Of a DNA stretch of 59,411 nt, positions 27,280 through 40,196 are shown in pieces. Each line of letters opens with the position of its first letter. The first letter of the stretch is position 1. The translations under genes were made by a program, and so were the position numbers. The notes beneath the pieces were generated by a model, which saw nothing but the letters and a program-made list of their open reading frames with translations, made no database searches and had not been told where the DNA came from. This DNA comes from Candidatus Methylomirabilota bacterium (GTDB taxonomy: Bacteria > Methylomirabilota > Methylomirabilia > Rokubacteriales > CSP1-6): the NCBI GenBank assembly GCA_035260325.1, contig DATFVL010000144.1, positions 1 through 59,411 on the forward strand, written 5' to 3'.

Positions 27280-28283
27280 GGTGGATTCGCGGCGTACGCG
27301 GTCTCGGAGCGCCCGTCGCGGATCATCCGCTCGATCTCGAGCGCCATCGCGAGCGAGCGGATGTCCTCGCTCTCCGCGAGGACGAGCGGCTCCCCCGCCC
27401 GGACGCGCCGCACGGCCCGGGCGAGGTGCTGGATCTCGAGCTTCAACGGGTTCTCCCGGTGGACCTGGACGTGCTCGACGAACGAGGCGCGGCGGTACCG
27501 GATGGACTCGCGCTCGAGCGTGTACTCCTGCGCGGCACGCCGGTGCACGCGGATGTCCTGCTCGGCGTAGTCCAGGACCACGAAGGCGTCGGGCTGGGTC
27601 ACGGCGAGCGTGCGGATCTTCTCCTCCGTGGCGCGGCTCGCGGTGATGATCGCGATCGTCCCGGACTCGAAGCCGATCTGGACGGTCGCGACGTCCGTCA
27701 CCGGCGAGTGTACCGCGATGCCCATCGCCGTGAGGCGGCGCGGCGGGGAGTCCACGAGCCCGAGCACGATGTCGAGATCGTGGATCATCAGGTCCATCAC
27801 GACGGTGTCCTTCTGGACACGCGGCGCGAACGGCCCGAGGCGGCGGGACTCGACGAGGATCGGCCGCTCGACGATCTTCTTCAGCTCCTGGACCGCGCCG
27901 TTGAACCGCTCGACGTGGCCGACGTGCAGGACCGCGCCCCGCCGGCGGGCGAGCGCGAAGAGCTCGCGCGCCTCCTCCAGCGATGGCGCGATCGGCTTCT
28001 CGACCAGCACGCCGACGCCCGCTTCGAGGAAGTCGCTCGCGATCGCGGCGTGCTGCTCCGTCGGCACCGCGACGCTGACGAGGTCCACCCGGCCGAGGAG
28101 GTCGCGGTGGTCGGTGAACGCGCGCGTCCCGTAGTGCGCCGCGACGGCGGCCGCGCGCTCGCGGTCCACGTCCACGACGCCGGCCAGCTCGATGTCCCAC
28201 AGCTCGGCGTAGACGAGCATGTGGTACTGGCCCATGTGCCCGGCGCCCACCACGCCCGCTCGGAGCCGTGGCTCCACGCTCAC
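27258..28283 (-). CDS. Gfo/Idh/MocA family NAD(P)-dependent oxidoreductase inside the lipid A cluster (GnnA-like?)
   Basis: 341-aa ORF with the Rossmann N-terminus [15 protein letters not shown] and EKP (VLVEKPIA), the hallmark of the Gfo/Idh/MocA family. GTG 28283 forms a GTGA overlap with the lpxA stop. Confidence 0.85.
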   Translation of the reverse strand: MSVEPRLRAGVVGAGHMGQYHMLVYAELWDIELAGVVDVDRERAAAVAAHYGTRAFTDHRDLLGRVDLVSVAVPTEQHAAIASDFLEAGVGVLVEKPIAPSLEEARELFALARRRGAVLHVGHVERFNGAVQELKKIVERPILVESRRLGPFAPRVQKDTVVMDLMIHDLDIVLGLVDSPPRRLTAMGIAVHSPVTDVATVQIGFESGTIAIITASRATEEKIRTLAVTQPDAFVVLDYAEQDIRVHRRAAQEYTLERESIRYRRASFVEHVQVHRENPLKLEIQHLARAVRRVRAGEPLVLAESEDIRSLAMALEIERMIRDGRSETAYAANPPWSGRSA

Positions 28284-29119
28284 ACCGGCTCGCTTTCCGA
28301 CGGCGCGGGGACGGCGCCCGGCTCGGGGCTCGGCGCGCCGCAGATCCCCCGCCGCGCCCCGGCGATGAACTCGAGCAGCCGCGCGACCGGCGGGATCGCG
28401 GGCAGCTCGCGCCGGATGCGCTCCACCGCGCCCTGCGGCGCCAGGCCCGAGCGGTAGAGGATCCGGTAGGCGTCCTGGATCACGCGGCGGTCCTCCGGCG
28501 GCACGCCGGCGCGCCGGAGCCCCACGACGTTGACGCCGCGCGCCGTCGCGGGACTGCCCTCGGCCAGGACGAACGGCGGCACGTCCTGGGTCACCTTGCT
28601 GAGGCCGCCGACGTACGCGAAGGCGCCGACGCGCGTGAACGGCACGACGCCGGTGAGCCCGCCGATCGTTGCGCGCTCGCCGATCTCGCAGTGGCCGGTG
28701 ATGCCCGCGTAGTTGATGAGGATCGCGCCGTCGCCCACGCGGCAGTCGTGCGCGACGTGGCAGTACGCCATGATGAGGCAGCCCGCGCCGATCTCGGTCC
28801 AGCCCTCGGGACGCGTCGCGCGATGGATCGTGACGTACTCGCGCAGCACCGTGTCCGGCCCGATCCGCACCCCGGAGGGCGTCCCGTCCCTGAACTTGAG
28901 ATCCTGGGGCCGGCCGCCGAGCACCGCGCCGTGGCCGACCTTCGCGCGCGCGCCGAGCTCGACGCGCCCCTCGAGCACGACGTGGTGGCCGACCTCCGCC
29001 TCGGCGCCCATCGTGACCCCGGCGCCGACGACGGAGAAGGCGCCGATCCGCGCCGCCGGATGGATCCGGGCGGCCGGGTCCACGAGCGCGGTCGGATGGA
29101 TCGGCTCAGCGCGCGTCAT
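28280..29119 (-). CDS. lpxA: Acyl-ACP--UDP-N-acetylglucosamine O-acyltransferase
   Basis: 279-aa ORF. It has left-handed beta-helix hexapeptide repeats, then the LpxA C-terminal helical domain ([31 protein letters not shown]). Confidence 0.9.
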   Translation of the reverse strand: MTRAEPIHPTALVDPAARIHPAARIGAFSVVGAGVTMGAEAEVGHHVVLEGRVELGARAKVGHGAVLGGRPQDLKFRDGTPSGVRIGPDTVLREYVTIHRATRPEGWTEIGAGCLIMAYCHVAHDCRVGDGAILINYAGITGHCEIGERATIGGLTGVVPFTRVGAFAYVGGLSKVTQDVPPFVLAEGSPATARGVNVVGLRRAGVPPEDRRVIQDAYRILYRSGLAPQGAVERIRRELPAIPPVARLLEFIAGARRGICGAPSPEPGAVPAPSESEPV

Positions 29120-30185
29120 CGCCCTTCGTCCGCTCGGGGCCGGCGAGACCGAGCTGGCCCTCGAGGCGCTCGAGCCGCCGCTCCGCCTGGCGAAGGCGCC
29201 TCACGATCTCGGGGAGCTGCTCCTCGAGGGTGAAGAGGCGCTTGGCGCGCAGCACGGGCCGCGCCGGCGTGCCGAAGACCTTCTCGCCCGGCGCGACGTC
29301 GCGCGCGAGTCCCGACTGCGCGAGCACGACGGCGCCGTCGCCGACCGTCAGGTGATCGGCGACGCCGACCTGTCCGGCCAGGATCACGCCGCGCCCGATC
29401 CGGCTCGAGCCTGCGATGCCGACCTGGGCGACGACGATCGAGTGCTCGCCGATCTCCACGTTGTGCGCGATCTGGACGAGGTTGTCGATCTTCGTGCCCC
29501 GCCGGACGACGGTGTTGCCGAGCGTCGCGCGGTCGATCGTCGTGTTGGCACCGATCTCGACGTCGTCCTCGATGAGGACGCCGCCCACCTGCGGGATCTT
29601 CCGGTGCGCCTCCCCGTCGAACGCGTAGCCGAACCCGTCGGCGCCGACCACCGCGCCGGCGTGGACGATCACGCGGCGCCCGAGCCTGACGCCCGCGCAG
29701 AGCACCACGCGCGGGTGGAGCACGGAGTCCTCCCCGACCTCGGCGCGCGCGCCGACGAACGCGAAGGCGTGGACGCGCACGCGCGGGCCCAGCACCGCGC
29801 CCGACTCGACCACGGCGAGCGGGCCCACCGCCGCGGTCGGGTCGACGCGCGCGTCCGCCGCGACCACCGCGGTGGGATCGACGCCGGGCGCGGCCGCCGG
29901 CGGCGGGTGGAAGAGCAGGAGCAGGCGGATGAGCGCCTGCTGGGGCTTCGCCGTCCGCAGCACGGGCCCGGGGAGGCCCGCGGCGTCCGGGCCGGCCAGG
30001 AACGCGCCGGCGCGCGAGGCCGCCGCGGACTTGGCGTAGCGCGGATCGATCAGGAAGGCGACGTGCTCGGGACCGGCGGCGTCGAGCGTCTCCACGCCGG
30101 TGACGATCCGGGTCGGGTCGCCCTCCAGCGTCGCCCGAAGGGTTTCGGCGAGCTCACCCAGGGTGAACCCCGCTCTGTTGCCCAT
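29106..30185 (-). CDS. lpxD: UDP-3-O-acylglucosamine N-acyltransferase
   Basis: 359-aa ORF with the LpxD N-terminal domain ([18 protein letters not shown]), a long hexapeptide-repeat helix and a C-terminal coiled tail. Confidence 0.9.
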   Translation of the reverse strand: MGNRAGFTLGELAETLRATLEGDPTRIVTGVETLDAAGPEHVAFLIDPRYAKSAAASRAGAFLAGPDAAGLPGPVLRTAKPQQALIRLLLLFHPPPAAAPGVDPTAVVAADARVDPTAAVGPLAVVESGAVLGPRVRVHAFAFVGARAEVGEDSVLHPRVVLCAGVRLGRRVIVHAGAVVGADGFGYAFDGEAHRKIPQVGGVLIEDDVEIGANTTIDRATLGNTVVRRGTKIDNLVQIAHNVEIGEHSIVVAQVGIAGSSRIGRGVILAGQVGVADHLTVGDGAVVLAQSGLARDVAPGEKVFGTPARPVLRAKRLFTLEEQLPEIVRRLRQAERRLERLEGQLGLAGPERTKGDDAR

Positions 30186-30193
30186 CGGCGGCG

Positions 30194-30739
30194 CTACTTC
30201 TTCATCTTGCTGTTCGCGGCCTGCTGGTCGTACGCCTTGATGATCTCCTCGGTCAGGTCGGCCTCCGGCGAGGCGTAGAGGATGGCGGCGCCACGGCGCT
30301 CGACGACGAGGTGGTAGCCGCGCTCCTTGCCGATCTTCTCGATGACGCCGGAGATCTCCTGGAGGACCTTCTGGAGCAGCACCGCCTCCTTCTTCTCGAG
30401 CTCCTTCTGGAGGTCGTCGGCGAGCCGCGCGGCGTCCCGCCGCTTGCGCTCGAACTGGTCCTGCTTGTCACGCCGGGCCTCCGCCGTCATGAGCGGGCCC
30501 TTCTTCTCCAGCTCGTCGCGCAGCGCCTCGAGCTCCTTGCGCTTGGCGTCCATGTCCTTCTGCATCCCCGCCTTCTCGCGCTCGAGCTGCTCGCGCGCGG
30601 CGACGCCCGCGGCCGAGCGCGCCAGGACGCGCTGGACGTCGATGAACGCGATTCGCGTCCCCGGCGCCTGAGCGAGCGCGGGCGCGGCGACGACGAGCGC
30701 GGCGGCCGTGACGATCAATGCGCTCCCCAGTGCCCTCAT
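30194..30739 (-). CDS. skp: Periplasmic chaperone Skp (OmpH family)
   Basis: 181-aa ORF with signal peptide [25 protein letters not shown] and a Lys/Glu/Arg-rich coiled-coil body. It sits in the canonical bamA-skp-lpxD position. Confidence 0.85.
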   Translation of the reverse strand: MRALGSALIVTAAALVVAAPALAQAPGTRIAFIDVQRVLARSAAGVAAREQLEREKAGMQKDMDAKRKELEALRDELEKKGPLMTAEARRDKQDQFERKRRDAARLADDLQKELEKKEAVLLQKVLQEISGVIEKIGKERGYHLVVERRGAAILYASPEADLTEEIIKAYDQQAANSKMKK

Positions 30740-30748
30740 CAGAGCCTC

Positions 30749-33022
30749 CTAGAACGGCGTGCCGACCGAGAATTGAACCGCGCCGAAGTTCTCGCCCTTC
30801 TTGCGGTCCAGGTTCACGCCGTAGTCGATGCGAATCGGCCCGAACGGGGATTGCCAGCGGAAGCCGGGGCCGGCGGCCTTGCGGAGGGTCGAGAGGTCGA
30901 AGTCGCTGCCGAAGCCATAGACCTGGCCGATGTCGAAGAAGCCCGCGAGCCGGAACCCGAGCGGCAGCGGGATGAGGTACTCGAGGTTGCCGAGCACCTC
31001 GCTGTTGCCGCCGATCCGGTTGCCGCTCTCGTCCTGGGGTGAGAGTTGGCGGAACTTGAAGCTGCGGACCGAATTCGGGCCGCCGAGGTAGAAGCGCTCG
31101 AAGAGCGGCAGCGGGTCCTGGGACCAGCCGAAGCCGTAGTCCGCTTCGGCGCGGCCGGAGAGAACGTGGCCGAGCCAGATCGACTGGAAGCGGGTGAAGA
31201 ACACGCCCGTCTTCACGTAGCGCGAGTCGCCGCCGAGGCCGGCGAAGTCGACCGAGGCGCTGGCCTGGCCGCCCGTGGTTGGAAAGGTGACGTTGTCGCG
31301 GCTGTCGCGCGACAGGACGCCTGAGACCATGGAGGTCACGCGCGTCCCGACCTGGTCGACGAGCGCCGGGGAGAGCGCGGCGACGTCGGACAGGTGGCTG
31401 ATCCGGTCCTGCGAGACGCGATAGCCGAGGTTCCACCGCCAGTACTCGAGGAACGGGTGCCCCAGCCGGAGCCCGGCGCCGAGGGAGTTGTAGTGGTACT
31501 CGGTGAAGATCCGATCCGTGCTGAAGAGGTCGAAGCCCGCCGAGAGCGGCTGGTCGAGGAACCACGGATCGGTGAAGCTGATCACGCCCTGGGTCGTCCG
31601 GGCGCCCAGCCGGAGGCGGGCGGAGGCTTCCCACCCGCGCCCGAGGAAGTTGCGCTGGGCCAGGTCGAGCGTGCCGACGAAGGCGTCCACCGACGAGTAG
31701 CCGCCGCCGAGGCTGAAGAGGCCGGTCGGCTTCTCGGTCACGTCGACGTTGACGATGATCTTGGTCTTGTCCGATCCCGGCTGGGTCGTGACGTCCACCT
31801 TCTCGAAGTACCCGAGGTTGACGAGCTTCTGGCGGGCCCGGTCCTTCTTCTGCAGCGTGTAGAGGTCGCCCTCGTGCAGCGGGATCTCGCGGCGGAGGAT
31901 CTTGTCCTGGCTGCGCACGTTCCCCGTGATGTTGATCCGCTCGACGTAGACCTCCGGCCCCTCGACGATCTCGTACGTGAGATTGAAGACGTTCTGGCCG
32001 GGCACCTGGTCGGTCCGCGCCGCCACGTCGGCCGAGGCCCGGCCGATCGTGCTGTAGAGGGCTTCGATCGCCTTCACGCTGTCGCGGATGGCCGTCCGGC
32101 TGAAGACGTCGCCGGGCTTGAAGGGGACCTGGCGCATGATCTCCTTCTCCGGCAGGAGCGTGAAGCCCGTCGCCTTGATCTCGCCGACGCGGAACTGCGG
32201 CCCCTCGACGATCGTGAACGTGATCGTCACGAGGGCGCGCTCGCGGTCCACCTTGACGTCGGTGGACTCGACGCGCGCCTGGACGTACCCGTGGTCGTTG
32301 TAGAGGGTGATGATCCGCTCGACGTCCTCGTCGAGGCGCTGGCGCTGGACCTTGCCGCGGAGGATGAAGTACTGGCGCTCGCGGGTCGCCAGCGCGTCCT
32401 TGATCACCTTGTCGCTGAGGCCCGCGTTGCCCTTGATGACGATCGTGTCGATCTTGATCTGCCGCCCCTCCGCGATGCTGAACACCACGCGGACGTCGCC
32501 GTCGGCGAACTTCTCCACGTTGGGCGTGATCTGCACCTCGAAGTAGCCCTCGTCCTCGTAGAAGTCGCGCAGCTTCTCGACCGCGCGCTGGACGTCCACC
32601 GGGTTGTAGACCCGCCCCAGCTTGAGGTCGATCTTGTCCTGGAGCTCCTCGCGCTTGAGCTCCTTGTTACCGGCGAAATCCACGTCGCGCACGAACGGGC
32701 GCTCCGTGACGACGAACGTGACCTTCACGCCGCCCTCGAAGTCCTCCACCTTGAGCTGCACGTCGTCGAAGAAGCCGAGGCCGAAGATGGCGCGGATGTC
32801 CTCCGACAGGAGGGTCGGGTTGAACGGGGAACCGACCGTGCTCTTCACCCGCCCGAACACGACCGCCTCCTGGACGCGCCGCGCGCCCTCGACGGCGATT
32901 TCCTTGATCGTGATGGACGGCGGCCGCTGGGCCGGGGGCTGCGCCGCCGCGGCCCGGACGCCGAGGACGGCGGTCACGAGGGCGACAACAATGGTGAGAC
33001 GGACTCGACCCCTTGTCGTCAC
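30749..33022 (-). CDS. bamA: Outer membrane protein assembly factor BamA
   Basis: Track ORF 30749..34132 trimmed to GTG 33022 (VTTRGRVRLTIVVALVTAVLGVRAAAAQ, a signal peptide). It has POTRA repeats (IKEIAVEGARRV.., VRDVDFAGNKEL.., IDTIVIKGNAGLSD..) and a C-terminal barrel ending ..AVQFSVGTPF. Confidence 0.9.
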   Translation of the reverse strand: MTTRGRVRLTIVVALVTAVLGVRAAAAQPPAQRPPSITIKEIAVEGARRVQEAVVFGRVKSTVGSPFNPTLLSEDIRAIFGLGFFDDVQLKVEDFEGGVKVTFVVTERPFVRDVDFAGNKELKREELQDKIDLKLGRVYNPVDVQRAVEKLRDFYEDEGYFEVQITPNVEKFADGDVRVVFSIAEGRQIKIDTIVIKGNAGLSDKVIKDALATRERQYFILRGKVQRQRLDEDVERIITLYNDHGYVQARVESTDVKVDRERALVTITFTIVEGPQFRVGEIKATGFTLLPEKEIMRQVPFKPGDVFSRTAIRDSVKAIEALYSTIGRASADVAARTDQVPGQNVFNLTYEIVEGPEVYVERINITGNVRSQDKILRREIPLHEGDLYTLQKKDRARQKLVNLGYFEKVDVTTQPGSDKTKIIVNVDVTEKPTGLFSLGGGYSSVDAFVGTLDLAQRNFLGRGWEASARLRLGARTTQGVISFTDPWFLDQPLSAGFDLFSTDRIFTEYHYNSLGAGLRLGHPFLEYWRWNLGYRVSQDRISHLSDVAALSPALVDQVGTRVTSMVSGVLSRDSRDNVTFPTTGGQASASVDFAGLGGDSRYVKTGVFFTRFQSIWLGHVLSGRAEADYGFGWSQDPLPLFERFYLGGPNSVRSFKFRQLSPQDESGNRIGGNSEVLGNLEYLIPLPLGFRLAGFFDIGQVYGFGSDFDLSTLRKAAGPGFRWQSPFGPIRIDYGVNLDRKKGENFGAVQFSVGTPF

Positions 33023-33051
33023 CGGACGCTCAGGAGTGTGGGAACAGCGTC

Positions 33052-35499
<2,448 letters not shown>

Positions 35500-35524
35500 T
35501 GGCCGTCCCCCACCCCTCCCCCAG

Positions 35525-35555
35525 GTCGTCGAGCGGCAAATTCTCTTTCGACGAC
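35525..35555 (-). promoter_or_regulatory. 8-bp inverted repeat in the clpC leader
   Basis: GTCGTCGA (35525..35532) pairs with TCGACGAC (35548..35555) across a 15-nt A/T-richer spacer, 26-56 nt upstream of the clpC GTG (35499). It could be an operator or an RNA hairpin. It matches none of the CtsR or CIRCE consensus sequences I know. Confidence 0.3.
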
Positions 35556-35643
35556 GGCTAGTTAGTAGGCTACGCGCTCAGTATAGCCCACGCTCCAGAT
35601 GCCCGCTAGCCTTTTCTCGCGCGGGAGTAAATCCGCGAAACCC

Positions 35644-36363
35644 TTAGTCGATCTCTCGCGCCCGTCCCTCGATCAGCCGGTAGCCCCGCTCGGCCCGCCG
35701 GGCGAGGTCGGGATTGTGGGTCGCCACGAGGAACGCGATGCCCCGTTCCGCCTGCAGCCTCGCGAACAGGTCGTAGATGACCTCGCTCGCCTTCGGGTCG
35801 AGGTTCCCGGTCGGCTCGTCCGCCAGGATCAGCTTGGGCGCGTTGACCAGGGCCCGGGCGATCGCGACGCGCTGCTGCTCGCCGCCCGAGAGCTCGCCCG
35901 GCCGGTGGCGCAGGCGATCGCCGAGCCCGACCTCGGCCAGCGCCGCGCCCGCCAGCTCCCGCGCCTCCTCCGCGGGCTTTCGGAGGAGGAGCGCCGGGAT
36001 CATCGCGTTCTCGAGCGCGCTCATCTCGCCGAGCAGGTTGTAGAACTGGAAGACGAAGCCGACCTGCTGCCGCCGGTAACGCACGAGGTCCGACTCGCCG
36101 CGCGCGAAGAGGTCCTCGCCCTCCCAGAGGACGCGGCCCGCGGTCGGCCGGTCGAGGGCGCCGAGCAGGTGGAGGAGCGTGGACTTGCCGACGCCGGAGG
36201 CGCCGACGAGGGCGACCATCTCGCCGGGCCGGATCGCGAGGCTTGCGCCGCGCAGGACGCGGACGACCTCGGGACCCGAGCGGTATTCCTTGTCGAGCTC
36301 CTCGCCCGCGAGGAGCGCCGGCGCGCCCGCCGAGCGGTCCCGCCCGGCGGGGGGGCTACTCAT
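35644..36363 (-). CDS. lolD: Lipoprotein-releasing system ATP-binding protein LolD
   Basis: Track ORF 35644..36399 trimmed to ATG 36363. Walker [10 protein letters not shown], signature LSGGEQQRV and Walker [13 protein letters not shown] are present. It is directly downstream of the LolC/E permease gene, with an 8-nt overlap. Confidence 0.85.
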   Translation of the reverse strand: MSSPPAGRDRSAGAPALLAGEELDKEYRSGPEVVRVLRGASLAIRPGEMVALVGASGVGKSTLLHLLGALDRPTAGRVLWEGEDLFARGESDLVRYRRQQVGFVFQFYNLLGEMSALENAMIPALLLRKPAEEARELAGAALAEVGLGDRLRHRPGELSGGEQQRVAIARALVNAPKLILADEPTGNLDPKASEVIYDLFARLQAERGIAFLVATHNPDLARRAERGYRLIEGRAREID

Positions 36364-37584
36364 AGCGCAGCACGTCCACCGGCTCGAGGGCGCCCGCACG
36401 GCGCGCCGGGATGATCGTCGCGAGGAAGGACAGGAACAGCGTCGCGCCGATGACCATCAGCCCGTCGCCGAGGGTGAGCTTCATCGGCAGGTAGCTGATC
36501 TGGTAGACGTCGCTCGCCAGCCTGATGATCTTGTACGTGTTCTGCGCCCAGATGAGGCCGAGCCCGAGCACGCTGCCCGCGAGGGTGCCGGCGACGCCGA
36601 TGGTCATCCCGACGGTGAAGAAGACCATGGTGATGCTCCGGCCCGAGGCGCCGATCGCCTTGAGCACGCCGATCTCCTTGCGCTTCTCGGCCACCAGCAG
36701 CACGAGATGGCCGATGATCGCGAACGCGGCGACGAGGACGATGATCGTCACGATGACGAAGAGCGCGAGCTTCTCGAGCTGGAGCGCGGCGAAGAGGCTG
36801 CGGTTCATGTCCATCCAGTCGCGCACCCAGTAGGGGGGGCCGAGCTCGGCGCCGACGGCGCGCCCCACGCGCCTGGCGTCGAACGGGTCGACGAGCTTGA
36901 CCTCGATGCCGCTCGCCCCCTGGAGCCCGGCGAACTCGCGCGCCGCCGGGAGCGCCAGGTAGGCCAGCGAGGCGTCGAGCTCGTACATGCCGAGCTCGAA
37001 GGTCCCCGCGACGGTGTAGCGGCGCATCCGCGGGACCATGCCGACCGCGGTCAGGGCGCCCTCGGGCGAGATCGCGGTGACCTCGTCGCCCACGCTCACG
37101 CCGAGCATGCGCGCGAGCTCGCGCCCGAGCAGGATCGCCGCCTCACCGTCGGCGAGCGGGCGCACGCTCCCGCTGCGGAGCTGCCCCTGGAGGTCCTGGA
37201 CGACCGTGGGCGCCTGGAGGTCGACGCCCCGGACCAGCCCGCCGTGCGCGCCGCCCCCCGGCAGCGTGAAGAGCGCCTGCTGGTGGACGAACGGCGTCGC
37301 CGAGCGCACGCCGCGGATCGCCGCGACGCGCGCCGCCACCGCCTCCGCCTCGCCGAGCCCTCCGCGGCCGGCGTGGTAGACGAGCAGGTGCGGGTTGGCG
37401 GAGATGATCCGGTCGCGGATGCCGTCCTGGAATCCGGTCATCGTGGCGAGCACGACGATGAGCGCCGCGACGCCGAGGAAGACGCCCCCGACCCCGATCC
37501 ACACGAACAGCGACAGGTTCGTGCGCTGGCCCCGCGCGCGCAGGTAGCGGAGCCCCATGAACAGCTCGAAGGGGAGCCCGCGCT

Positions 37585-37588
<4 letters not shown>
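36356..37588 (-). CDS. lolE: Lipoprotein-releasing system permease, LolC/LolE family
   Basis: Track ORF 36356..38878 trimmed to GTG 37588 (VKRGLPFELFMGLRYLRARGQRTNLS.., GTGA overlap with the lysS stop). It is an FtsX-type 4-TM permease with a large periplasmic loop. Only one permease gene is present. Confidence 0.85.
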
Positions 37589-39092
<1,504 letters not shown>

Positions 39093-39096
<4 letters not shown>

Positions 39097-40194
39097 GCCT
39101 GGCTTCCCCGGGACCAGAGCAGGTAGGCCTTGATGAGGGCGTCGAGGTCGCCGTCCATCACGGCCTCGACGTTGCCGATCTCGAGCCCCGTGCGGTGGTC
39201 CTTGATCAGCTGGTAGGGATGAAAGGTGTAGGAGCGGATCTGGCTGCCGAACGCGATCTCCTTCTTCTCCCCGGCCAGCTCCGCGAGCGCCTCGCGCTGC
39301 TTCTTCTGGGCGAGCTCGTAGAGCCGGGCCTTGAGGATCCGCATCGCGGTGTCCCGGTTCCGGAGCTGCGACCGCTCGTTCTGGCACTGGACGACGATCC
39401 CGGTCGGCAGGTGCGTGATGCGCACCGCGGAGTCCGCGGTGTTGACCCCCTGCCCGCCCGGGCCGGAGGCGCGGAAGACGTCCACGCGGATCTCGTCCTC
39501 ACGCACGCTCACCTCGACGTCGTCCACCTCAGGCACCACGGCGACCGAGGCGAAGCTCGTCTGGCGCCGCCGGGATGCGTCGAAGGGCGAGATCCTGACG
39601 AGCCGGTGGACGCCGGTCTCGCCGCGGAGGTAGCCGTAGGCGTAGTCGCCCGTGACCTCGACCGTCGCCGACTTGATCCCGGCCTCGTCGCCGGGCAGGA
39701 GGTCCACGACCTCCGCCGTGAGGCCGTGACGCTCGCACCAGCGGAGGTACATCCGGAGCAGGATCTGCGCCCAGTCCTGGGACTCGGTGCCCCCCGCGCC
39801 GGGATGGATCGAGAGGACCGCCGCCTTCGCGTCGTGCGGACCCGAGAGCAGGATCTTCAGCTCGAACTCGTCGAGGTCGGCGCGCAGCTTCGCCGTGCCC
39901 TCGGCGATCTCGGTGTCGAGGCTCGAGTCGCCCGCCTCGGCGGCGAGCTCCAGCATCACGCCGAGCTCCTCGGCCCGCGTCGTGAGCTCACCGACGCGCG
40001 CCACGGTGCGGGCGAGCTCGGTGCGCTCCCGGATCAGCTCCTGGGCGCGCCGGTTGTCCTCCCAGAAGGCCGGCGACGCCATCTCGGTGTCGAGCGCGGC
40101 GAGCCGCTGCTCCTTGCCGGGAATGTCAAAGATGCCCCCTGAGCTCGCCGACGCGGGCGACGAGGTCGGCGACATCGCGCTTGAGCTCGCCCAC
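39093..40194 (-). CDS. prfB: Peptide chain release factor 2, requires programmed +1 frameshift (ORF1 40194..40129, ORF2 40127..39093)
   Basis: The short leader frame VGELKRDVADLVARVGELRGHL ends at TGA 40126..40128. The +1 frame continues DIPGKEQRLAALDTEMASPAFWEDN... through the SPF and GGQ motifs (RASGPGGQGVN). The site AGGGGGCATCTTTGAC matches the E. coli prfB recoding site AGGGGGTATCTTTGAC. Confidence 0.9.
40125..40140 (-). promoter_or_regulatory. prfB +1 frameshift cassette (SD-like AGGGGG, slippery CUU, in-frame UGA C)
   Basis: The minus-strand sequence AGGGGG CAT CTT TGA C was read directly from 40140..40125. Confidence 0.85.
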
Positions 40195-40196
40195 GA

